A stretch of 64,000 nucleotides of DNA from an uncultured Bacteroidales bacterium (GTDB lineage: Bacteria > Bacteroidota > Bacteroidia > Bacteroidales > UBA4417). The stretch is taken from contig CALBZC010000009.1 of NCBI GenBank assembly GCA_937889945.1, forward strand, positions 49,532-113,531, given 5' to 3'. Positions 10,223 to 19,101 of the stretch are shown piece by piece (the first letter of the stretch is position 1; the number at the start of each line of letters is the position of its first letter). Made by a program: the position numbers and the translations under genes. Below the pieces are notes generated by a model. It did not search any database. It was not told the origin of the DNA and saw only the letters and a program-made list of their open reading frames with translations.

Positions 10223-10663
10223 TTTTTTTTATTAACAATACACAGACATACTATTATTAAAGATTTATAGCGTTTTTTTGAATCAAATGATGTTAAAAAC
10301 AAAGATATTTTAATTATTTTTCAATGATAACAGGCATCACAAATTCTTTTAACAAGCAATAAGTGTAATCTAAATTTTTAATATGTATATTGCTTACAGG
10401 GCAATACATAGAGAATTTCCTAACCACCTCCATCATGAATCAAAAAGGATTTTTTTAACGTAGCATAGCAAAAAACAATAACTTTTCAGAAAATAAATAT
10501 CGCCTCATAAGCTTTACACTGCAAACAAAAACACAAAATCAAATACCCTATTCCGCCATACTATAATTGATAAAAATCACACACTCATAATCAAAAACAA
10601 CATATTTTCTGATTTAATTGGTGTATATTTGCCCTATATTTTCAACACCCTTATTCTTTGCAT

Positions 10664-11527
10664 ATGAGTAATACGACACCCGAGAATGCGCCGCAGTTTA
10701 TTGATATTGACGCTATTTTTAAAGCCAAAAACAAACAGGCTTATAATTTAACACCGCGTTTTTTATTGTCGTATATCAAAAACATAGTGCATCAGGATGA
10801 GATAAACGAAGCTTTACGCCTGAATAAGGATTTACAAGGTTTACCCTTTATTGATGCAATATTGAAGCAGTTTGGGGTAAAAGTATTTTATGAAGGGCTG
10901 GAAAACATTGATGCCGACAAGCGCTGGCTCGTTGCCTCCAACCATCCGCTGGGCGGTTTAGACGGAATGGCTTTGATGTGGGTTGTGGGGAAAGTGAAAA
11001 AAGATATTGTTTTTCCGGTAAACGACCTTTTAATGAACCTGTCCAATATTAAAGAACTTTTTATTCCTATTAACAAACATGGTTCTAACAGCTCAAACCT
11101 TAAAATAATTGATGACACTTTTGCTTCCGACAAAGGGATGATTTATTTCCCTGCCGGCTTATGCTCCAGAAAAATAAACGGCCAAATTATAGATTTAGAG
11201 TGGAAAAAAACCTTTATCTCAAAATGCAAAAAATATAACCGAGCCATTATACCTTGCCATGTAAGCGGCAAAAATACCAATCGGTTTTATAACATTTCAA
11301 ATGTGCGTAACCGCCTGAAAATAAAGGCTAATCTAGAAATGTTTTTTTTAGTTGATGAAATGTTCAAGCAAAAAGGCAAAGAAATTGTTATTACATTCGG
11401 AAAACCTATTCCACCTTCTACTTTTGACGACAAAATGAGCGATTTGCAGTGGGCGGAAAAGCTTAAACAATTTACATATAACCCTGATTTTAACAAAGAA
11501 AGCGACTTTACAGCTTTAAAATTTTAG
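10664..11527 (+). CDS. PlsC/lysophospholipid-type O-acyltransferase (GlsA/OlsA-like)
   Basis: The track ORF 10658 starts on TTG; the first ATG is at 10664. Acyltransferase H(X4)D block NHPLGGLDG. It lies 3 bp upstream of a GNAT N-acyltransferase gene, the pairing known for N-acyl amino-acid lipid synthesis. Confidence 0.6.
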   Translation: MSNTTPENAPQFIDIDAIFKAKNKQAYNLTPRFLLSYIKNIVHQDEINEALRLNKDLQGLPFIDAILKQFGVKVFYEGLENIDADKRWLVASNHPLGGLDGMALMWVVGKVKKDIVFPVNDLLMNLSNIKELFIPINKHGSNSSNLKIIDDTFASDKGMIYFPAGLCSRKINGQIIDLEWKKTFISKCKKYNRAIIPCHVSGKNTNRFYNISNVRNRLKIKANLEMFFLVDEMFKQKGKEIVITFGKPIPPSTFDDKMSDLQWAEKLKQFTYNPDFNKESDFTALKF

Positions 11528-11530
11528 CCG

Positions 11531-12454
11531 ATGAAGAATATTATTGCACCTATTGACAGAAACATTCTATTACAAGAACTTACAAAAGATAAATTTATAA
11601 AATCGACCAACAAAGGAGGAAATGAAATTTATATTGTAACCTACCAAAACGCGCCCAATGTTGTTAAAGAAATAGGGCGATTGCGCGAAATAAGCTTCCG
11701 CGATGCCGGCGGCGGCACAGGATTAGATTGCGACTTGGACGAATTTGACACTACTTCAGAAAACCCTTTCAAGCAATTATTGGTTTGGGATCCGCAGGAA
11801 AAAGAAATTGTAGGTGGATACCGTTTCATTGACGGCTCTACACTAAAACGCGATGCCAAAGGATTAATAGAAACCCCTACGTGCGAGCTATTTGGATTAT
11901 CAGAAAAATTTATTACTGACTACCTGCCCTATACCATTGAACTGGGCCGTTCATTCGTGCAACCCATGTATCAGCCTACTGTAGATATCCGCAAGGGCAT
12001 GTACGCGTTGGATAATATATGGAACGGGCTGGGAGCTATTGTGGTGCAACATCCCAACATGAAATATTTTTTCGGTAAAATCACCATGTATCCTCATTTT
12101 AACCCTGAGGCACGTGATTTTATCCTGTTTTTTCTTAAAAAATATTTTGGAGACAAAAACAAACTCGTATATCCATATAATCCGTTAAAAACAGAAACGG
12201 ATGAAAATTTTATTAATTCGCATTTTACGGGAAAAACATATGAAGAAAACTATAAAATTCTTGTAGGTGAAGTGCGCAAGCGCGGAGAGCATATCCCTCC
12301 TTTGGTAAACGCCTACACCAACTTATCTTCATCCATGTTATTTTTTGGAACTTCATTAAATCCACCTTTCGGAAATGTAGAAGAATCAGGGATTTTAGTT
12401 ACCATAAACGATATTTATAACGACAAGAAAGAACGCCATTTAAAAGAATTTTAA
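11531..12454 (+). CDS. GNAT-family N-acyltransferase of the OlsB/GlsB (N-acyl amino acid lipid) type
   Basis: 307 aa. VGGYRF and ELGRSFVQP blocks resemble the OlsB-type acyl-ACP-dependent N-acyltransferase family. Adjacent to the O-acyltransferase. Confidence 0.55.
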   Translation: MKNIIAPIDRNILLQELTKDKFIKSTNKGGNEIYIVTYQNAPNVVKEIGRLREISFRDAGGGTGLDCDLDEFDTTSENPFKQLLVWDPQEKEIVGGYRFIDGSTLKRDAKGLIETPTCELFGLSEKFITDYLPYTIELGRSFVQPMYQPTVDIRKGMYALDNIWNGLGAIVVQHPNMKYFFGKITMYPHFNPEARDFILFFLKKYFGDKNKLVYPYNPLKTETDENFINSHFTGKTYEENYKILVGEVRKRGEHIPPLVNAYTNLSSSMLFFGTSLNPPFGNVEESGILVTINDIYNDKKERHLKEF

Positions 12455-12456
12455 GG

Positions 12457-13071
12457 ATGGTTAAAAACGCAACGTTTGTAACAAGTGCAGCAAGCATAAA
12501 AGATTGCCCCAAAAGCATTTTGCCCGAATATGCGTTCTTTGGCAGGTCAAACGTGGGCAAATCATCGTTAATAAATATGTTAACGGGCAACTCTACTTTG
12601 GCAAAAGTTTCGGCAACACCCGGCAAAACGCAATTACTCAATTATTACCTTATTGATGGCTTGTGGCATTTGGTAGATTTACCAGGCTATGGCTATGCAA
12701 AAGTGTCAAAAAGCGCCAGAAAAAATTGGGAAGTTATTATCAAAGAATATTTAGTGAAACGCCGCAACATGCTCTATATTTTTGTTTTGATAGACATACG
12801 ACATGAAGCGCAGGCAAACGACACAGCTCTTATCGAATGGCTGGGAGAAAACGGAATTCCCTTCTGCATCATATTCACCAAATCCGATAAAATATCTAAA
12901 ACTGCGGCTTTACGCAATGTTGAAAAATACAAGAACGTACTAAAACAAAAGTGGGAAGAACTTCCTCCCACTTTTATATCTTCATCGTCAACCGGCGAGG
13001 GAAAAAATGAAATTTTAAATTTCATTGACAATTCAAACCGCGAATTTTCCGCAATGATACTTTCAGAATAA
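12457..13071 (+). CDS. engB: Ribosome biogenesis GTP-binding protein YihA/YsxC (EngB)
   Basis: 204 aa. G1 GRSNVGKSS, G3 DLPGYG and G4 TKSDK. Confidence 0.9.
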   Translation: MVKNATFVTSAASIKDCPKSILPEYAFFGRSNVGKSSLINMLTGNSTLAKVSATPGKTQLLNYYLIDGLWHLVDLPGYGYAKVSKSARKNWEVIIKEYLVKRRNMLYIFVLIDIRHEAQANDTALIEWLGENGIPFCIIFTKSDKISKTAALRNVEKYKNVLKQKWEELPPTFISSSSTGEGKNEILNFIDNSNREFSAMILSE

Positions 13072-13072
13072 G

Positions 13073-13181
13073 TAGTGTTTAGTTAAGAGTGATGAGTTAG
13101 GAGTTTATAGATGTATTATTTTTGATTAATAAATGATTACAAAACATCAAACACGCCCTTTTATACTTAACTTAACAGTAG
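13073..13181. repeat. Copy A of a ~110-bp intergenic repeat with imperfect terminal inverted repeats (MITE/REP-like)
   Basis: About 94% identical by eye (6 mismatches, 1 indel) to 13602-13709. The ends TGTTTAGTTAAGAG and CTTAACTTAACA are imperfect inverted repeats. Confidence 0.75.
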
Positions 13182-13205
13182 CAAACAATAATTATCCTTA
13201 TCTTT

Positions 13206-13589
13206 CTATTTAAACTGAATCATCAGAAAGTTTTTGGGAATCATATTCCCTTCTTTTACAAAGATATGCTCTATGGTATAATCGCCATCAGCAACAATGG
13301 TATTAACCATTTTCATAGCTTCCAAATCTATAAGCTTTTCGCCGGCAGCTACTTTTTTCCCTTCTTTTACATACACTTTTTTTATAGTTCCCGGTATATA
13401 TGAGAATACTTTTCTCGGATCCTTAGGCTCATAGCGTTTACGATCAGCGTACTTTTTAGGAATAAGCGTTTTGTATGTACCCTCTTCAAGATTTAATATT
13501 TTTAAATCCTCCTCATTGTAACTTTTTCCAAGCACAATATCTTCCTGCTCTGATTTATCGGCAACATTTTTTGTTATTTTTTTAGCCAT
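13206..13589 (-). CDS. Biotin carboxyl carrier / biotinyl-domain protein
   Basis: 127 aa. Biotinylation motif EAMKM (DLEAMKMVNTI) in a C-terminal biotinyl/lipoyl fold. Downstream of a carboxyltransferase gene. Confidence 0.8.
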   Translation of the reverse strand: MAKKITKNVADKSEQEDIVLGKSYNEEDLKILNLEEGTYKTLIPKKYADRKRYEPKDPRKVFSYIPGTIKKVYVKEGKKVAAGEKLIDLEAMKMVNTIVADGDYTIEHIFVKEGNMIPKNFLMIQFK

Positions 13590-13601
13590 AACTATTTATT
13601 T

Positions 13602-13709
13602 TAGTGTTTAGTTAAGAGTAATGAGTTCGGAGTTTATAGATGTATTATTTTGATTAATAAATGTTTACAAAACATCAAACACGCCATTTTAGACTTAACT
13701 TAACATTAG
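13602..13709. repeat. Copy B of the ~110-bp intergenic repeat
   Basis: Direct repeat of 13073-13181, lying between the carboxyltransferase and the biotin carrier gene. Confidence 0.75.
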
Positions 13710-13758
13710 TTATTTAAAAACCTTAATTTACCCATTATTTTTTACCAATAGAAAAGGA

Positions 13759-15303
13759 TTAAAATGGAGGAATACCATGTTTTTTAGTAGGCTGAGCCAC
13801 TTGCTTTTGTCCCGAAATTTGTAAAGCATGTATAATTCTTTCTCTGGTATCTTCAGGCTCAATAACAGCATCTATGTAACCATAACCTGCCGCTACGTAT
13901 GGATTTGCAAATTTTTCTCTGTATTCCTGTATTTTTGCCTGACGCATGGCATTAGGATCCTTAGCTTCTTTAATTTCGCTACGGAAAATAATATTTGCCG
14001 CACCTTCAGGTCCCATAACGGCAATTTCGGCATCGGGCCAAGCGAACACAAAATCGGCACGCAAGTGACTTGAGCACATCGCTATATAGCCTCCTCCATA
14101 AGCCTTACGGGTAATTAAAGTAATTTTAGGCACCGTAGCTTCGCTGTATGCATATAAAATTTTAGCACCATGGCGTATAACACCGGCGTGTTCCTGATCT
14201 ACACCCGGCAAATAGCCCGGCAAATCAACCAACGTTACCAATGGGATATTAAATGCATCGCAATAGCGTATAAAACGCGCCATTTTATCGCTGGCATCCA
14301 CGTCAAGCACACCTGCTAAAACGATAGGCTGGTTTGCCACAAAACCAACGGTTTGTCCCTCAATGCGTCCAAAACCTATTACGGCATTTTGCGCCCAAAG
14401 CTCCTGCACCTCAAGAAAGTCGGAATCATCGCAGATAGCACGAATAATATCTTTTACATCGTAAGGCTCACTGGGGTTTGCAGGAAATATTTTCTTGATA
14501 TTGTACTGTTTTTTGGGCGCCTTTGCAGGAAATGGTTCAGCTTTCTTAAGATTATTCCAAGGAATATAACTGCACAATTTTTTAATTTGCTCAAAGCATT
14601 CCAATTCGCTATCGGCAAAGAAATGTGCATTACCTGTAGTCTCGGCATGTACACGCGCGCCACCCAACTCTTCCATTGATATCTCCTCGCCCAGCACGGT
14701 TTTAATAACCTCGGGTCCGGTAATAAACATCTTGGAAATTTTATCTACCACAAAAACAAAATCGGTGAGCGCGGGCGAATAAACAGCGCCACCTGCACAA
14801 GGACCAAGGATAACGGATATTTGAGGAATAACCCCCGAAGCTTGCGTATTGCGGAAAAATATTTCGCCATACCCCGCCAATGAATTCACACCCTCCTGAA
14901 TACGCGCTCCGCCCGAATCATTAATACCAATCAAAGGCACTTTAAGCTTCATGGCATGATCCATAATTTTAGTAATTTTCTTGGCATGGGCAAAACCCAA
15001 CGAACCACCGGCAACAGTGAAATCCTGTGCGTAAATACATACAGGATAGCCATTTATGGTTCCGGTTCCGGTAATAACGCCATCACCTGCCAAATACTTA
15101 TTACTCATGTTAAAATCATGACCTGCATGTTCTACAAAAAGGTCATATTCGTGAAATGAATTTTTGTCGAGCAAAGCAATAATACGCTCACGCGCGGTGA
15201 GTTTACCTGTTGCTTTTTGTTTTTCAATAGCCTGCTCGCCTCCTCCTGAAAGCGCCGCCTGCATTCTACGTCTTAATTCGTTTGTTTTTGAACCTATTGA
15301 CAT
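13759..15303 (-). CDS. Acyl-CoA carboxyltransferase (methylmalonyl-CoA decarboxylase alpha / propionyl-CoA carboxylase beta family)
   Basis: 514 aa. Typical carboxyl transferase blocks (GTINGYPVCIYAQDFTVAGGSLG, GPCAGGAVYSPALTDF, RKAYGGGYIAM). Confidence 0.88.
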   Translation of the reverse strand: MSIGSKTNELRRRMQAALSGGGEQAIEKQKATGKLTARERIIALLDKNSFHEYDLFVEHAGHDFNMSNKYLAGDGVITGTGTINGYPVCIYAQDFTVAGGSLGFAHAKKITKIMDHAMKLKVPLIGINDSGGARIQEGVNSLAGYGEIFFRNTQASGVIPQISVILGPCAGGAVYSPALTDFVFVVDKISKMFITGPEVIKTVLGEEISMEELGGARVHAETTGNAHFFADSELECFEQIKKLCSYIPWNNLKKAEPFPAKAPKKQYNIKKIFPANPSEPYDVKDIIRAICDDSDFLEVQELWAQNAVIGFGRIEGQTVGFVANQPIVLAGVLDVDASDKMARFIRYCDAFNIPLVTLVDLPGYLPGVDQEHAGVIRHGAKILYAYSEATVPKITLITRKAYGGGYIAMCSSHLRADFVFAWPDAEIAVMGPEGAANIIFRSEIKEAKDPNAMRQAKIQEYREKFANPYVAAGYGYIDAVIEPEDTRERIIHALQISGQKQVAQPTKKHGIPPF

Positions 15304-15452
15304 AATTATTTTTTAAGAATGTTTCTATTGTAAACATTTATATTAACACTGCAAATATAAAAACTATTTGCTCCGATTGCTGCGTTTTTTTAAGCCTGCC
15401 CCTATTTATATTAATTCTTTTTGTTAATTTTAACATTTTTAATGCTTTACAC

Positions 15453-15803
15453 ATGCATATTGAAGAATTAAGAGATTATTGTTTAAATAAAAAAGGGGCT
15501 ACGGAAAGTTTCCCATTCGATGAAACCACGTTGGTTTTTAAAGTTGCAGGTAAAATGTTTTTGCTCACGGATTTAGAAGGCAACTTTTCTATAAATATAA
15601 AAAACACACCGGAAAAAGTTATAGCGTTGCGCGAAATGTATCCTTGCATACATCCCGGCTATCACATGAACAAAAAATATTGGATTACCGTAAATATAGA
15701 AGGAAGCATAAATGACACGCTTTTATACAGATGGATTGACGAATCATACGGGATAATAGTTGACAGCCTGCCAAAAAAACAAAAAGAGGCGCTATGCCTC
15801 TAA
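15453..15803 (+). CDS. MmcQ/YjbR-family protein
   Basis: 116 aa. The N-terminal pattern L..YCL.K.GA.E.FPFD....VFKV.GKMF matches the YjbR family. Confidence 0.75.
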   Translation: MHIEELRDYCLNKKGATESFPFDETTLVFKVAGKMFLLTDLEGNFSINIKNTPEKVIALREMYPCIHPGYHMNKKYWITVNIEGSINDTLLYRWIDESYGIIVDSLPKKQKEALCL

Positions 15804-15806
15804 TTG

Positions 15807-16283
15807 TTAGTTTAACTGTGTATGTTTAGCTATTTTTTCGAGCAAAACTGCTTTGTTTTGCATACCCGTGATAGACTCAACAGGTATTCCGTCTTTAAAA
15901 ACAATAAAAGTGGGTATTGACTGTATTTTAAATTTACTTGCTAAGTTCTTATTCTGATCCACATCCAGCTTTCCTACTTTTACTTTGCCTTTTGTTTCTT
16001 TAGCAATATCCTCCACTATTGGCGCCATAGCCCTACAAGGCGGACACCATGTAGCCCAAAAATCAACCAACGTAACACCTTGTGCAATTTCTGATTCGAA
16101 ATTATTTTCATTTAATGTTACATAATCGTGTGCTTCAGAAACAGCTTCTTCAACTGATTTGTTTTCTCCTGTTTTTACACCTTTATTTTTACATGATGTA
16201 AAAACTACAAACATTGCCAGCACAACAAAAAAGAAAATTTTAAACGTACTATTTTTCATTTTCACTTTATTTAATTTAACCAT
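15807..16283 (-). CDS. Exported thioredoxin (signal peptide with possible lipobox FTSC)
   Basis: 158 aa. WCPPC active site (WATWCPPCRAMAP). Its start overlaps the mutS2 stop as TAATG (16283), suggesting translational coupling. Confidence 0.85.
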   Translation of the reverse strand: MVKLNKVKMKNSTFKIFFFVVLAMFVVFTSCKNKGVKTGENKSVEEAVSEAHDYVTLNENNFESEIAQGVTLVDFWATWCPPCRAMAPIVEDIAKETKGKVKVGKLDVDQNKNLASKFKIQSIPTFIVFKDGIPVESITGMQNKAVLLEKIAKHTQLN

Positions 16284-18697
16284 TATTTAAAACGGACGAT
16301 TGTAATACCCGTTCCTCCAAATTCAACAGGCGCATCGTAAAATTGTTTAATTTCGGGTACACTTTGCAGATATTCCCTTACTACATTACGCAATATGCCG
16401 TTACCTTTGCCATGCAAGATACTTACTTCGGGAACATGCAACATAATTGCCTCGTCAATATAGCGTGAAATCAAAGCCTGCATTTCGTCGGCACGCATGC
16501 CTCGCACATCAGCCGTTAAACGAAAATTTGCCATACGGGCATTCATGTCATTAACCATATTTTGATAACCAAAGCCTTTGTTAACCTGCTTTTTAGGCAA
16601 TTGCTTATTTGAAACAACCTCCAATTTATTCAGCGCAACTTTCATCACTACCGTATTGAATGCAACTGTGGCGTCCTTTTCATTCACATCGGCAATAACA
16701 CCTACTTCTTGTTGCCCTGCTATTTTCACATGCGCTCCTTTAATAAAATGCTGCGGCACCTTGATATCAGGCTCCTGCACAGGATTAACCTTTTCTTCTT
16801 TTTTTATTTTTTCTTTGGTTATTTCATCGCCTAATATTTTCGCCTTTTCGCGTATTTGCTTTGTTTTCTCCTTGTCAGCCTTGGTTTCCTTTATTTCTTT
16901 AATGGTTTTCTCTATAATTTTATTGGCATTTTCAACAATCAGCTTTGCTTCGCGACGTGCATTTTCTAGAATATTTTTCTTCTTCATAGTAAGTTCGTCA
17001 TTCAGCATGTTATATTTAGTTACAAGCTGATGCAAAGTTTCATCAGCCACCTGCAACTGTTTTTCCTTCTGAGTAAGCTCCAAACGCTCGGCTTCCAAGT
17101 CCTGCATTTGTTTGTCAAAATCAAGCTGGGCATATCCTACTTTTTCACCTGCTTTATCCAACACCTGTTGTGGGAAATTAATATTTTGTGCAATTTCGAA
17201 AGCAAAAGAGCTGCCCGGTTTACCTGCACGCAACACAAACAAAGGCTTCATGGCTTTGGTATCATAAAGCATGGCTGCATTTATAAACCCCTCGTGATGC
17301 GATGCCAATTGCTTAAGGTTACCGTAATGGGTAGTAACCACGCCATACGCTTGCTTTTGATTAAGCGTTTCAAGCACAGCCTCTGCAATAGCTCCACCCG
17401 CATGAGGCTCTGTACCGGCTCCAAATTCATCTATCAAGAAAAGCGTATCGCTGTTTGCATGTAAAACCATATTTTTTATATTCAGCAAATGGCTGCTATA
17501 GGTACTTAAATCGTTTTCGATAGATTGCTGATCGCCTATATCAATAAAAATATGCTGAAAAACGCCGGCTTCGGATGTATCAAGCACCGGAATCAGCAAT
17601 CCACATTGCAGCATATATTGAAGCAACCCTACTGTTTTAAGACAAACAGATTTTCCACCTGCATTTGGACCTGAAATTATAAGGATTCTGTTGGTTTCAG
17701 TCAATGCAATATCTAACGGAACAATTTCGCGGTTTTGTTTTTTGAGCGAAATACGCAATAAAGGGTGCTTAGCTCTTAACCAATTTAATTGAGGTTTTTC
17801 GTATAAAAGTGGCAGCATTGCGTCTATTTGCAAGGCAAACATAGTTTTAGCATGTAAAAAATCAAGCCTTCCCATGCATACGAAAGATTGTTTTAAAACC
17901 GGAATATAGGAACGCAAATCATCTGCAACATCCGTAAGAATTTTTATTATTTCACGCTTTTCAGCCAATTCTAATTCGCGGATACTGTTGCGCAGTTCAA
18001 AAACCTCTATGGGTTCAATGTAGGCAGTTTGCCCCGATTGAGATTCATCAATGATAACGCCGCTAATTTTACGCTTGTTGGATGCCATTACAGGAATAAC
18101 AATTCTACCTTCGCGCACCACCGCTTCTACATCAGCATCCACAAGCTTATTGTTTTTGGCTTGCTGCAGCGCATGAGCCACACGCTTATCAATTTGTAAC
18201 GCTTGGCGGCTCAAATCCTTACGTATGCTCATAAGCAAAGGTGATGCATTATCTTTGATATTACCTTCTGCATCCAACACACGTTCCAGTGTTGCTATAA
18301 CAGGATGTATAACCGTATAATCGGCAATAAAATCATGTAGCAAAGGAAAATCACCTTCCGGTAACGCAGCAATAAAATTATAACTTTCACCAAATCCTTT
18401 ATAGGAAATAAGGAGCGCCAACAATGTTTCAGCAGGCAAAAATGAGCCGGGAGTATGAATATGAGTCAACTCTTCGTCCAAATTAAAATATTCTGACGAA
18501 ACATATCCATGATGCGAAAGCATCATTTTTCTAAACTCATCGGTAAGTTGCAATTCTTTTTTTAAGGTTGCATAATCAGCCGAGAAAGCTATTTCTGAAA
18601 CCAACGCCTTTCCTCCTTCGCCTTTGCAATAAAGGATAAGCATATCTTTAATCAGCCCAAAGCCTATTTTTTCTTCAAAATTAACAGGAGCAATCAT
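16283..18697 (-). CDS. mutS2: Endonuclease MutS2 (MutS domain V ATPase plus C-terminal Smr domain)
   Basis: 804 aa. Walker A GPNAGGKS, Walker B LFLIDEFGAGTEP, a long coiled-coil KE-rich linker and a C-terminal Smr block (LHGKGNGILR). Confidence 0.9.
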   Translation of the reverse strand: MIAPVNFEEKIGFGLIKDMLILYCKGEGGKALVSEIAFSADYATLKKELQLTDEFRKMMLSHHGYVSSEYFNLDEELTHIHTPGSFLPAETLLALLISYKGFGESYNFIAALPEGDFPLLHDFIADYTVIHPVIATLERVLDAEGNIKDNASPLLMSIRKDLSRQALQIDKRVAHALQQAKNNKLVDADVEAVVREGRIVIPVMASNKRKISGVIIDESQSGQTAYIEPIEVFELRNSIRELELAEKREIIKILTDVADDLRSYIPVLKQSFVCMGRLDFLHAKTMFALQIDAMLPLLYEKPQLNWLRAKHPLLRISLKKQNREIVPLDIALTETNRILIISGPNAGGKSVCLKTVGLLQYMLQCGLLIPVLDTSEAGVFQHIFIDIGDQQSIENDLSTYSSHLLNIKNMVLHANSDTLFLIDEFGAGTEPHAGGAIAEAVLETLNQKQAYGVVTTHYGNLKQLASHHEGFINAAMLYDTKAMKPLFVLRAGKPGSSFAFEIAQNINFPQQVLDKAGEKVGYAQLDFDKQMQDLEAERLELTQKEKQLQVADETLHQLVTKYNMLNDELTMKKKNILENARREAKLIVENANKIIEKTIKEIKETKADKEKTKQIREKAKILGDEITKEKIKKEEKVNPVQEPDIKVPQHFIKGAHVKIAGQQEVGVIADVNEKDATVAFNTVVMKVALNKLEVVSNKQLPKKQVNKGFGYQNMVNDMNARMANFRLTADVRGMRADEMQALISRYIDEAIMLHVPEVSILHGKGNGILRNVVREYLQSVPEIKQFYDAPVEFGGTGITIVRFK

Positions 18698-19073
18698 ATA
18701 ACGGCAAAAATACTAAAAATAAGGGCATAAAGTATTTATACATCATTGTAGAAGATATTACGAAAACCTTTTGATAGATTTTTTTGAAGTATAACCTAAA
18801 AATATAAAAAAGTATTATTCAGCAGATTCTTATTGTTTATAGCCTTAGTTTTTAAACACGCTCCATCTTTCACGCCAATACAAAAAAAATATTCTTATAC
18901 CATTATTAAGCAAGTTTGGTATGTAAATAATGATTTATTATCGTTACTGATGTGGGGCTTAAAGAGCTCGCGCTGTAAGTAAAAGCCTAACAAACACACG
19001 ACTATTTAAAATATTTATACCATAAATTCATAATTAATTTCCATTATACATAAAATAACTCAATGATTTACAC

Positions 19074-19081
19074 TACCTTTG
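19074..19081 (+). promoter_or_regulatory. Candidate Bacteroidota -7 promoter box TACCTTTG (TAnnTTTG)
   Basis: Exact match to the TAnnTTTG consensus, 21 nt upstream of the DEAD-box helicase ATG. Confidence 0.35.
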
Positions 19082-19101
19082 CAAACTTTTAAAAATCATT
19101 A

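Noticed and set aside
16578-17464. Two plus-strand ORFs (150 and 144 aa)
   Set aside because: Antisense to mutS2. The low-complexity Ser/Phe/Ile-rich translations mirror the KE-rich coiled-coil of MutS2.
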